Source of the DNA: Verrucomicrobiota bacterium
Lineage (GTDB): Bacteria; Verrucomicrobiota; Verrucomicrobiia; Chthoniobacterales; UBA6821
Direction: 5' to 3'
DNA length: 15,849 nucleotides
NCBI GenBank assembly: GCA_008932965.1
Contig: WBXG01000038.1
Location: forward strand, 1 to 15,849
A program made the translations under genes and the position numbers. Shown one piece after another: positions 6,835 through 15,849 of the stretch (positions within the stretch are counted from its first letter, which is position 1; the number at the start of each line of letters is the position of its first letter). The notes beneath the pieces are model-generated. The model saw only the letters and a list, made by a program, of their open reading frames with translations. It was not told the origin of the DNA and did no database searches.

Positions 6835-7365
6835 TTAGCTGATTTTTTGAGCTGACTCTAATTTACTCGAGGCAGCTTCTCGATTTTGTCTCCATCGAAA
6901 TTTCTTTAACTTTTTCTCAAGGAGAGGGTCATTTTGTGAAAGAAGAGCAACAGCAAAGAGGGCCGCATTCTTAGCACCTGCCTCACCAATAGCAAAGGTC
7001 GCTACTGGAATCCCTGCTGGCATTTGAACAATGGAGAGAAGTGAATCGATACCTCCAAGTGACTTGCTTTTTATAGGAACGCCCAGTACCGGGAGTGTTG
7101 TCTGGGCTGCAATCATTCCAGGAAGATGAGCCGAACCTCCTGCTCCCGCAATAATGGCAATAAGGCCTCGCTTTTGTGCTGTAGATGCATAATCAGCCAT
7201 CTCCACTGGCATACGATGAGCTGAAAGAACTTGAGCTTCGTAGGGAATTTCAAATTCATTAAGAATCTGAGCGGCATCTATCATTGTAGGCCAATCTGAT
7301 TTACTTCCCATCACAATTCCGATGAGCGGCGTGGACACTGTTTTCTTTTTAGGAGAGTGCGGCAT
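6835..7365 (-). CDS. purE: N5-carboxyaminoimidazole ribonucleotide mutase (class I PurE)
   Basis: [43 protein letters not shown] and [17 protein letters not shown] closely follow the E. coli PurE pattern. Confidence 0.92.
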   Translation of the reverse strand: MPHSPKKKTVSTPLIGIVMGSKSDWPTMIDAAQILNEFEIPYEAQVLSAHRMPVEMADYASTAQKRGLIAIIAGAGGSAHLPGMIAAQTTLPVLGVPIKSKSLGGIDSLLSIVQMPAGIPVATFAIGEAGAKNAALFAVALLSQNDPLLEKKLKKFRWRQNREAASSKLESAQKIS

Positions 7366-7470
7366 GGTGAAAAGATTCGTTGTTTAAAAGAGGAAAAAAT
7401 GAGTTATTTAAGAAATGAAATATATGGGCTAGCCTACTAATTTATATAAACAGGAGCTATTAAAATTATC

Positions 7471-8019
7471 GTGAATTCTCAATGTGACGCTACCAATTCG
7501 AGCATTGTCCTCATCGGCTTTATGGGCTCGGGCAAAAGTAGCATTGGAAAACGTTTAGCACGGTACCTGAAGTTTAACTATATCGATACCGACCATTGTA
7601 TCGAAGAAAAAATAGAGAGATCCATTAGCGAGTTTATTCAAAAAGATGGGGAAGAAAAATTCCGCATACTGGAATCCGAAGTATTAAAAAATCTTTTGGG
7701 GAAAGAAAAATTAGTGTTAGCCACAGGTGGGGGTATCATCTTAGACCCAAACAACCATCGACCCCTCCGCCAGCTTGGAACGATCATTTGGCTCCATGCC
7801 TCAACGGATAAACTTTTTGAACGCGCACAGCGTCAATCATCACGACCCCTTCTTGAAGTAGAGCATCCTCGACACACTTTTAACCTCTTGCTGGAAGAGC
7901 GACTCTCTACCTATGAAAAGTTGAGTCAAATAAAAATTGATACAACGCATTTTTCCTACGAACAAACCCTGGAAGCGATGATAAAAGCTCTTAGAAACTT
8001 CAAAATAGAATTGACCTAA
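7471..8019 (+). CDS. aroK: Shikimate kinase
   Basis: Walker A IGFMGSGKSSIGKRLA, D(T)D and LATGGG motifs in a protein of ~180 aa. GTG start with AGGAG 14 nt upstream. Confidence 0.85.
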   Translation: MNSQCDATNSSIVLIGFMGSGKSSIGKRLARYLKFNYIDTDHCIEEKIERSISEFIQKDGEEKFRILESEVLKNLLGKEKLVLATGGGIILDPNNHRPLRQLGTIIWLHASTDKLFERAQRQSSRPLLEVEHPRHTFNLLLEERLSTYEKLSQIKIDTTHFSYEQTLEAMIKALRNFKIELT

Positions 8020-8150
8020 AGCCCTTCAGCCATTTCACTCATTTACCACAAAAGTCATGCAAAGCTACTAAGATATTTTTGAATATCACAAGAGCATTTC
8101 TCTCATTCTTTTCCACCTTTTAACCTAAAATGCCACAGTGTGGCTCCTGA

Positions 8151-9278
<1,128 letters not shown>

Positions 9279-9297
9279 CCAAATATTTTTTAGACCT

Positions 9298-10518
9298 ATG
9301 AACTCCAAACTTACCCTCCATGATCTCAATGTTACTGACAAGCGTGTTTTAGTACGTGTTGATTTTAATGTTCCTATTAATCACCAAGGAGATGTTGTCG
9401 ATGACACACGTATCGTAGAGGCTCTCCCTACCATTCGTTATCTTTTAGAACAGCATGCTCAAGTTATTTTGATAGCCCATTTAGGACGACCTAAGAGAGG
9501 CATTGATGAAACAAAAGAAGCTTTTTCAAAATACTCGCTGGCTCCTGTAGCCAAGCATCTTGAAAAATTACTCGGCTCCCCAGTCCGTTTTTCTCCAGAG
9601 TGTATTGGTCCAGTTGCAGAACAAGCCGTCTCTTCGATGGATAAAGGAACCGTTTTACTTCTTGAGAATGTACGATTCCATCAGGAAGAAGAGTCCAATG
9701 ACCCTACCTTTGCAAAGGCTCTCGCTGCCCTTGGTAATCTCTACGTCAATGATGCTTTTGGTGCTGCCCATCGTGCGCATGCCTCCACAGCTGGTATCAC
9801 GGCCTATCTTCCTCAATCAGCAATGGGATTGTTGATGCAAAAAGAGATTCAATATCTGCAGGAAGAACTCAAGAGTCCTGAGCATCCTTTTCTTGTGATT
9901 TTAGGAGGTTCTAAGGTTTCCGACAAAATAGGAGTCATCAAAGCCCTCATGGAAAAAGCTGATACTTTTCTTATTGGGGGAGCGATGGCATACACATTTT
10001 TAAAAGCGACTGGTATTGAAACCTCACTAAGCCGTGTGGAGGCTGATAAAATCGATCTTGCTAAGGAACTTTTGGAGGAGGCTCGCCAACGCTCTATTAG
10101 ATTTTTACTCCCTATCGATTGTATCGTCACTCAATCTATCCAAGCTAGCGTTCCTACAAAAAATGCTACTCTTTCAACTGCTGCAGGTATTCCTCAAGAG
10201 TGGGAAGGAGTTGATATTGGCCTTGAAACACGCCTGATTTATGCCCAGGAAATAGCCCAGGCAAAAACCATTCTATGGAATGGTCCTGTTGGTATTTTTG
10301 AAATACCTGATTTTGCAGGCGGCACTCGATCTTTGGCAGAAGCGGTTGCGGCTAATCGAAGTGCCCTCTCCATTATTGGTGGGGGTGATTCAGTTACTGC
10401 AGTGAAGCAATTTGGATTAGCCTCTCTCATGAGTTTTATTTCTACAGGAGGTGGAGCTTCCCTAGAGCTTATCGAAGGAAAAGAACTTCCTGGAATTTCT
10501 GCACTTACAAACTGTTAA
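9298..10518 (+). CDS. pgk: Phosphoglycerate kinase
   Basis: VRVDFNVP, AHLGRPKR, LLENVRFH, NDAFGAAHRAHAST and STGGGASLE motifs. Confidence 0.95.
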   Translation: MNSKLTLHDLNVTDKRVLVRVDFNVPINHQGDVVDDTRIVEALPTIRYLLEQHAQVILIAHLGRPKRGIDETKEAFSKYSLAPVAKHLEKLLGSPVRFSPECIGPVAEQAVSSMDKGTVLLLENVRFHQEEESNDPTFAKALAALGNLYVNDAFGAAHRAHASTAGITAYLPQSAMGLLMQKEIQYLQEELKSPEHPFLVILGGSKVSDKIGVIKALMEKADTFLIGGAMAYTFLKATGIETSLSRVEADKIDLAKELLEEARQRSIRFLLPIDCIVTQSIQASVPTKNATLSTAAGIPQEWEGVDIGLETRLIYAQEIAQAKTILWNGPVGIFEIPDFAGGTRSLAEAVAANRSALSIIGGGDSVTAVKQFGLASLMSFISTGGGASLELIEGKELPGISALTNC

Positions 10519-10530
10519 GCAATATTCACT

Positions 10531-11316
10531 ATGGCTCTACTTCGAAAAAAAATTATTTCTGCAAATTGGAAGATGAACATCACTGCTAGTGAGGTTTCTC
10601 CCTACCTCACTGCTTTTCTCGAGGAAATCAAAGGCATTAATGAGGTTGATGTGATCCTCATTCCCTCCTTCACTTCTTTACCAAAGACCTCAGAATTGCT
10701 GAGCTCCCTTCAAGGAATTCGTTTAGGGGCTCAAAATATTTCATCGCATGACAAAGGAGCCTTTACTGGAGAGATTTCAGCAGTCATGTTAAGAGACCTT
10801 TTTGTGCATCATGTCTTAATTGGGCACAGCGAAAGACGCCATCTTTTTGGGGAAACCAATACTATTATTCATGAAAAGATGAAAATCTCCCACCTCAATC
10901 AAATGAACCCTATACTATGTGTGGGAGAGACATTGGAGGAACGCCGTTCTGGAAAAGAAAAGCAAGTTATTGAGCATCAATTAAGAGAAGCCTTCAGTGG
11001 TTTATCGGTGAATCAAATCACTCATACTATGATTGCCTATGAACCTGTATGGGCCATAGGAACTGGGCAGACAGCTAGTGTGGAACAAGCTCAGGAGGCT
11101 CATTTTTTTATTCGTAGCCTCATTGAGGAACTCAGCGATGCCTCTGTCTCTCAAAAAATACGATTACTTTATGGGGGAAGTGTCACTCCTGAAAATTCAG
11201 AAGAACTTCTTAGCGCTCCCGATATTGATGGAGCTCTAGTAGGCAGTGCAAGCCTTGATCCCCGCTCTTTTGCTAAGATTGTTGTGCAAGCCCAACGTAA
11301 TTGCACTAAGGAATGA
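10531..11316 (+). CDS. tpiA: Triosephosphate isomerase
   Basis: ANWKMN, IGHSERR, AYEPVWAIGTG and YGGSV motifs. The gene starts 12 nt after pgk. Confidence 0.95.
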   Translation: MALLRKKIISANWKMNITASEVSPYLTAFLEEIKGINEVDVILIPSFTSLPKTSELLSSLQGIRLGAQNISSHDKGAFTGEISAVMLRDLFVHHVLIGHSERRHLFGETNTIIHEKMKISHLNQMNPILCVGETLEERRSGKEKQVIEHQLREAFSGLSVNQITHTMIAYEPVWAIGTGQTASVEQAQEAHFFIRSLIEELSDASVSQKIRLLYGGSVTPENSEELLSAPDIDGALVGSASLDPRSFAKIVVQAQRNCTKE

Positions 11317-11375
11317 CATGTGCAAAAGGGACTATAAATTTAAATTTTTTTCTATTAAAACCCCATATTGCTTAC

Positions 11376-11482
11376 TGGTCATGACGAGGAGGCCGCGAAG
11401 GCTGATGGGGCACCACCAGCGGTCAGGAGACTGCGAGGGAGACTGACCTGGCTTTAGGGGGCAGCAGCCCTAACCCGGCTTC
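11376..11482. repeat. GC-rich structured intergenic island (repeat-family member; two predicted stem-loops)
   Basis: ATGACGAGGAGGCCGC (11381-11396) is shared in inverse orientation with 4155-4170 and in diverged form with 15078-15089. One hairpin pairs CCAGCGGTCAG (11416-11426) with CTGACCTGG (11443-11451). A second pairs TTAGGG (11454-11459) with CCCTAA (11468-11473), followed by a T-rich tract. Confidence 0.6.
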
Positions 11483-11496
11483 CATCTCTTTTTCTT

Positions 11497-12417
11497 ATGT
11501 TTTTGAGTCGTTTTTTTTCCATGCTACTGGTTCTTTTTTGTGTGGTTTCAATTACTTTTTTTTTGATTCGACTCTCTCCTGGTGGACCTTTTGATTCAGA
11601 ACGAAAGATATCACCTGTAATTGAACACCAGCTTCAGATTAAATACCGATTAGCGGGTCCCCTGTGGCGACAGTATATCGATTACTGGAATGATCTTCTT
11701 CATGGTGATTTAAGAATTTCTACGAAATATCGCAATCGAAGTGTTTCAGAAATCTTGGCACAAACTTTACCTGTTACTATAACACTTGGTTCCTTGGCTT
11801 TTCTTTTGGCACTGAGTTGCGGTATTTTTATTGGGGCTCTTGCAGCCACCCATGCCAACTCGAGAATAGATCATGCTGCACTTCTCTTGGTGATTGTTGC
11901 TATTTCCCTTCCATCATTCATTTTAGGACCTTTATTGATTCTAATTTTTTGTGTCGGGTTACACTGGCTTCCTGTAGGAGGATGGGGAACTCCTCTTCAA
12001 CTTCTACTTCCTGCGGTCACCTTGGCCATCCCCTTCATGGCTGTTATTGCAAAACTTCTCCGTGATAGCCTTTGTGAAACATTCCAGGAAGATTTTATTC
12101 GAACGGCTCGAGCAAAAGGATTATCAGAAACTGCGCTCGTTTATAGTCACGCACTTCGTATTGCTCTATTGCCAGTAGTCTCTTTGAGTGGGCCCTTAGC
12201 GGCTAATCTATTGACCGGCTCCATCGTTATAGAAACGATCTTTCATATTCCTGGAGCAGGTAATTTTTTTATCAATGCTATCTTAAACCGTGATGGATTT
12301 TTACTTTGTGGAGCGGTAATTGTTTATTGTGCATTACTGGTTGTCTTTAATTTCCTGGTTGACTTGACTTACCTTGTTTTGGACCCGAGAATAAGAAATA
12401 ACGGAGAAAATGCATGA
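11497..12417 (+). CDS. oppB: Oligopeptide ABC transporter permease OppB
   Basis: 306 aa, the same length and layout as E. coli OppB. Motifs include RLSPGGPF, HWLPVGGW, FIRTARAKGLSE (EAA loop), GSIVIETIF and a C-terminal LDPRIR. Confidence 0.88.
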   Translation: MFLSRFFSMLLVLFCVVSITFFLIRLSPGGPFDSERKISPVIEHQLQIKYRLAGPLWRQYIDYWNDLLHGDLRISTKYRNRSVSEILAQTLPVTITLGSLAFLLALSCGIFIGALAATHANSRIDHAALLLVIVAISLPSFILGPLLILIFCVGLHWLPVGGWGTPLQLLLPAVTLAIPFMAVIAKLLRDSLCETFQEDFIRTARAKGLSETALVYSHALRIALLPVVSLSGPLAANLLTGSIVIETIFHIPGAGNFFINAILNRDGFLLCGAVIVYCALLVVFNFLVDLTYLVLDPRIRNNGENA

Positions 12418-14141
12418 GTATTTCTAAAATCTATCGTTTTCATCCAGCGCTACTGGATCTTTTTAAAAAACCTTATACGTTTCATGATCTCACCGCGGAC
12501 CTTTTTGCTGGCATTACTGTTAGTCTTGTTGTCTTGCCTATAGCCATTGGATTTAGTGTCGCTTCCATTGATCAAGGGATTCTTACACCTTACTCCATTC
12601 CTGCTATCGGTATTTTTACTGCAATGATGGCGGGCTTGTTGATTTCTTTATTTAGCGGCACCATGTTTCAAATTGCTGGTCCCTCGGCCACCATGATCCC
12701 TATTTCTATTTTGATCCTACAAAAGTATGGATTTAGTGGTTTGTTAGTCGCCACTTTTTTTGCAGGGATCATTCTTGCTACGCTGGGTTTTCTTAAATTA
12801 GGGGTTTTAATGAAATACCTCCCGTGGCCTTTTATCAGTGGATTTACAACGGGAATAGCCATTTCTGTTGTTATTGATGAAATAGGAAATCTTTTAGGCA
12901 TCCGCACTTCTGAACAAGAACCCAATTCATTTTTGGATAAATTGGATTGGTTCTACCAAAATAGAGACCATTATACCCTCTCCTCCATCGTTATTGCTTC
13001 AACAACACTGATATTTATCTATCTCTGGCGAAAAAAAGGATTGAAGCAGATTCCCTCCTCCATTGTTGCACTACTTTTAGTCACAGTACTTGTTTATTGT
13101 ATTCCATCTCACATTTTAGGCAGTGTGATCACTATTAGCTCGAAATATGGGGCCTCAGCAATTCCTAATCATCTCCCCACTTTTCACCTTCCTACAATCA
13201 CTATAGGTCAAATTCCTAGCCTCTTTATTGCCTCTTTCGCCATTGTCATAGGTTGTTCGATTGAATCGCTCTTAGCTGCTGTTATTACAGACCGTTTAAC
13301 AGGGAAAAGTCATTACAGAAATACGGAACTGATAGCTCAAGGAATTTCTAACATAGTATCTCCATTTTTTGGTGGCTTACCTTCGACAGGGTTGATTATA
13401 CCAACTTCTTTAAATGTGAAAAGTGGGGCGCGTTCTCCGGTCGCCGGAATAATCTATGCATTTACTTTTCTACTCATAGTTCTTCTACTCTCTGAGTATA
13501 TTTCTCGAATTCCAATGGGAGTAATAGCAGCCATTCTTATTACTGTTGCTATCAGTATTGGTGAATGGAGGGACCTGAGACGCCTTTTTCAAATACCCTT
13601 AAGCGATCGTTGCATTCTACTCACTGCATTAATACTCACCGTTGTTTTTGATGTTATCGTGGCACTCGAAGCCTCCATGCTTCTTGCAGGAATGGTATTC
13701 ATTCGACGTATTACAGAGGCAACAGAAATATCCTGTATCACCACTCATGATTTCTCTAACTTACCTGAAAATGAGCGTCCCAAGACAGCCATTCCTAAGG
13801 GAGTAATTATCTGCAGTATTAAAGGACCACTTCTTTTTGGGGTTGCAGAAAAATTAGAGGAGATTTTTAAAGAACAAAACCTTACATCGACAATTTTTAT
13901 TTTAAAATTAGACCTTGTGAGCATCATGGATGCAACAGCCCTCAACATGATTGAAATCATTTCAAAGAAAATATATCAATCGGCAGGAGTACTGATTATT
14001 AGCGGAGCCAATACTTTCAATAAATCACTCATGGAACGTGCCAAGTTCATTGAGTTCATAGGAGAAAAAAACTTTTGTGTCAACTTGGAGGAGTCTCTAA
14101 AACGCTCTTATGAATTAATACCTCAGAGAGTTATCTCTTAA
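12414..14141 (+). CDS. SulP-family inorganic anion (sulfate/bicarbonate-type) transporter with C-terminal STAS domain
   Basis: The N-terminus DLTADLFAGITVSLVVLPIAIGFSVAS is followed by multiple TM segments. The STAS-like C-terminus begins around VIICSIKGPLLFGVAEKLEE and runs through MDATALNMIE and LIISGAN. The ATG overlaps the oppB stop (ATGA at 12414-12417). Confidence 0.88.
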   Translation: MSISKIYRFHPALLDLFKKPYTFHDLTADLFAGITVSLVVLPIAIGFSVASIDQGILTPYSIPAIGIFTAMMAGLLISLFSGTMFQIAGPSATMIPISILILQKYGFSGLLVATFFAGIILATLGFLKLGVLMKYLPWPFISGFTTGIAISVVIDEIGNLLGIRTSEQEPNSFLDKLDWFYQNRDHYTLSSIVIASTTLIFIYLWRKKGLKQIPSSIVALLLVTVLVYCIPSHILGSVITISSKYGASAIPNHLPTFHLPTITIGQIPSLFIASFAIVIGCSIESLLAAVITDRLTGKSHYRNTELIAQGISNIVSPFFGGLPSTGLIIPTSLNVKSGARSPVAGIIYAFTFLLIVLLLSEYISRIPMGVIAAILITVAISIGEWRDLRRLFQIPLSDRCILLTALILTVVFDVIVALEASMLLAGMVFIRRITEATEISCITTHDFSNLPENERPKTAIPKGVIICSIKGPLLFGVAEKLEEIFKEQNLTSTIFILKLDLVSIMDATALNMIEIISKKIYQSAGVLIISGANTFNKSLMERAKFIEFIGEKNFCVNLEESLKRSYELIPQRVIS

Positions 14142-14201
14142 TTTCCTGGCTCCTGCATTATAATACGTCCCACTGCATTTTAAGAACGAACGAGATCTAG
14201 C

Positions 14202-15074
14202 ATGTCCTTGACTCCAGCAATCAAAAACTCTCTTTTTCTTCTGATCGGTGTTGTTTTTGTTCTTATCATTACCCCCACTCTTTTTCCAAAATCGTATTAC
14301 GAACCCACAGGACTCACCTATGCCCCTCCAAGCTGGCAACATCCCTGTGGAACCGACCTCAATGGTCGTGATCTTTTGTATCGGATTCTCACTGGTGGTC
14401 AGATTTCAATACTTATTGGTTGTTGTGGAGCCTTTATCAGTCTTTTTGTGGGGACGACTTATGGAATGATTGCAGGCTATCGAGGCGGTTTTTTGGACTC
14501 TGGAATGACACGTTTTATTGATATTCTTTATTCTATTCCACGCCTCATCTTCGTCTTGATTTTTATTAATGCATTCAATGAGCATCTTCAAAAAACAGCC
14601 CATCATTTTGGATATTCGTGGATAGTCTCTTCGTCACGAATAATCATATTGATCCTCAGTTTAGGACTTATTGAATGGCTTACCATGGCACGTATCGTAC
14701 GAGGACAGACCCTATCACTCAAAGAACGGCCTTATATACTAGCTGCACGAGTGCTGGGTCAGAATCATCTTACTATTTTATGGCGTCATCTTTTACCTAA
14801 TTTGACAGGTATACTCTTGGTATATATGACCCTCTCTATTCCAGCTGTTATCATTGATGAGGCTTTTTTGAGCTTCCTTGGTCTTGGGGTTCAAGCTCCC
14901 CAGGCAAGTCTTGGATCTCTCTTGGCAGAGGGAGCCTCTGCACTAAATCCTCTCCATAGTGCATGGTGGACACTCCTGTTTCCAGCACTGCTCCTCTTTT
15001 GCATTTTACTCCTACTTCATCAACTCGGAAATGCACTTAGAAAAATACGACTTTACCCGCATGTTTCATACTAA
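14202..15074 (+). CDS. oppC: Oligopeptide ABC transporter permease OppC
   Basis: GTDLNGRDLLYRIL is present, MARIVRGQTLSLK is identical to the E. coli OppC segment, and EAFLSFLGLGVQAP also matches. Confidence 0.88.
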   Translation: MSLTPAIKNSLFLLIGVVFVLIITPTLFPKSYYEPTGLTYAPPSWQHPCGTDLNGRDLLYRILTGGQISILIGCCGAFISLFVGTTYGMIAGYRGGFLDSGMTRFIDILYSIPRLIFVLIFINAFNEHLQKTAHHFGYSWIVSSSRIIILILSLGLIEWLTMARIVRGQTLSLKERPYILAARVLGQNHLTILWRHLLPNLTGILLVYMTLSIPAVIIDEAFLSFLGLGVQAPQASLGSLLAEGASALNPLHSAWWTLLFPALLLFCILLLLHQLGNALRKIRLYPHVSY

Positions 15075-15075
15075 T

Positions 15076-15125
15076 CGTGACGAGGGAGCTACAAAGGCTG
15101 ATCGATATGAAATATGCAGGTTAGC
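15076..15125. repeat. Diverged copy of the intergenic repeat blocks, immediately after the oppC stop
   Basis: 15078-15104 matches 11382-11408 at 21/27 positions (TGACGAGGgaGCtaCaAAGGCTGATcG). TGAAATATGCAGGTTAGC (15108-15125) resembles 4196-4215 and 7416-7434. Confidence 0.5.
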
Positions 15126-15160
15126 TCAAGATAAATTTAAAAGAGCAGTATGATCTTAGG

Positions 15161-15189
15161 TTGACAGTAGGAAAAAACTGTATTAGCCT
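15161..15189 (+). promoter_or_regulatory. Candidate sigma70-type promoter for the downstream secreted-protein gene
   Basis: TTGACA (15161-15166), a 17-nt spacer, then TAGCCT (15184-15189; keeps T1, A2 and T6), about 100 nt upstream of ATG 15289. Sequence match only. Confidence 0.3.
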
Positions 15190-15288
15190 CTAAACTCATC
15201 TATCCAAAGATGGTAAGTATAAATAATCCAATCTATACTAGCCATTGCATAATCCCCATTAACCCCCATTATTTAATACTACCCTATT

Positions 15289-15849
15289 ATGAAATTAAAA
15301 TGTTCCCTACTAGCCGTCCTCTTTGTGTTTACTGCAATGAATGTGCAGAATTCTTTAGCTCAATAAGCGCCATCTAATCCTAAGCATGATGAAATCTGGA
15401 AGGAACTAGATAAATATGATGATGCTAAAAAGAGTAGCGGAGAACCAAAGATAAAGGAAGGTACGAAGGGTAATATTTATTTATATTATTCTGGTGCTGG
15501 TGCTATCTGCGACGAAAAAGATAATGGTTTAAGATTAAATGTAAAAAAGAATGAGTATGTAGAAGTTATTCTAACTACTAACAACTCTTCCACATCTCAG
15601 TACTCTGCAACACAAAGCGACCCAACAGTGGCATTAAAACTTCTGGCTAATCACGAAGAATATACTGAAAAGTCATGGAATGATTTCTCAGATGAAACCC
15701 CAATAAATGGCGCATCTATCCAACCTCTCTTTCAGAGAACAGATAGGTTTTTCTTTAAAGCAACTCAAGCTGGATCAACTAGATTAGAATTTGCTACTTC
15801 GACTCCTACAATTGAAGATCCTTCTGAACTATCTATCGAAACAGTAACA
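15289..15849 (+). pseudogene. Secreted-protein gene interrupted by an in-frame TAA (15364-15366) directly after its signal peptide; 3' end beyond the window
   Basis: ATG 15289 encodes MKLKCSLLAVLFVFTAMNVQNSLAQ, a Sec signal peptide with an SLA cleavage-type site, followed by TAA. The same frame then runs 161 codons stop-free to the window end in AT-rich DNA, with no in-frame ATG. Confidence 0.6.

Noticed and set aside
8131-8143. Perfect 6-1-6 palindrome GCCACAGTGTGGC, 10 nt upstream of the gap ATG, considered as an operator.
   Set aside because: About four perfect 6-bp-arm palindromes with a fixed spacer are expected by chance in 15.8 kb. There is a single occurrence with no second site, so it is not supportable.
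11246-11446. 66-aa ORF spanning the tpiA 3' end and the GC-rich spacer (…MTRRPRRLMGHHQRSGDCEGD).
   Set aside because: It overlaps tpiA out of frame and stays open only because the spacer is GC-rich repeat DNA. The Arg/Gly-rich translation is typical of such an artefact.
11376-11482. Possible SRP (4.5S) RNA, tRNA or tmRNA, suggested by the GGTCAGG and GCAGCAGCC strings.
   Set aside because: The conserved SRP helix-8 arrangement (a GGAA tetraloop flanked by the symmetric AGCA loop) cannot be drawn. No T-loop GTTCRA or acceptor/anticodon geometry is present, and the strings also occur in the repeat at nt 134-144.
14159-14164. TATAAT hexamer between sulP and oppC, considered as an internal promoter.
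   Set aside because: There is no plausible -35 box at a 16-18 nt spacing and no TGn extension in register. A lone TATAAT in AT-rich DNA is uninformative.
15364-15366. TAA reassigned as a sense codon (alternative genetic code).
   Set aside because: TAA terminates several well-conserved genes in this window at their expected lengths (the GspI-like gene, pgk, oppC, purE), so the standard code applies.

Overview
AT-rich bacterial chromosomal window with weak or absent Shine-Dalgarno sequences and no rRNA, tRNA, CRISPR, transposase or integrase. Gene content (type II pseudopilins, a CesT-type type III chaperone, Inc/Tir-like membrane protein) suggests a host-associated PVC-type organism (Chlamydiae- or Verrucomicrobia-like), but that is only an inference. 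From left to right there are four blocks. (1) Two type II secretion minor pseudopilin genes (GspI-like, GspJ-like) have abnormal 5' ends built from repeats. (2) An accessory islet at about 1.3-5.7 kb holds a class I type III secretion chaperone and three orphan proteins with effector-like N-termini. One is small and disordered, one has an internal tandem duplication, and one has a central bilobed hydrophobic hairpin. No T3SS apparatus genes are in the window. (3) A housekeeping core follows: purE-tsaC(sua5) on the minus strand, then aroK and gap-pgk-tpiA. (4) oppB and oppC permease genes are split by a translationally coupled SulP/STAS anion transporter gene, followed by a secreted-protein gene interrupted by an in-frame TAA right after its signal peptide. 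Several intergenic spacers carry GC-rich, partly palindromic short repeats that share sequence blocks. The T3S chaperone/substrate islet and the repeat-built pseudopilin leaders are the most interesting parts. All functional calls come from reading the translated sequences; no database search was possible.
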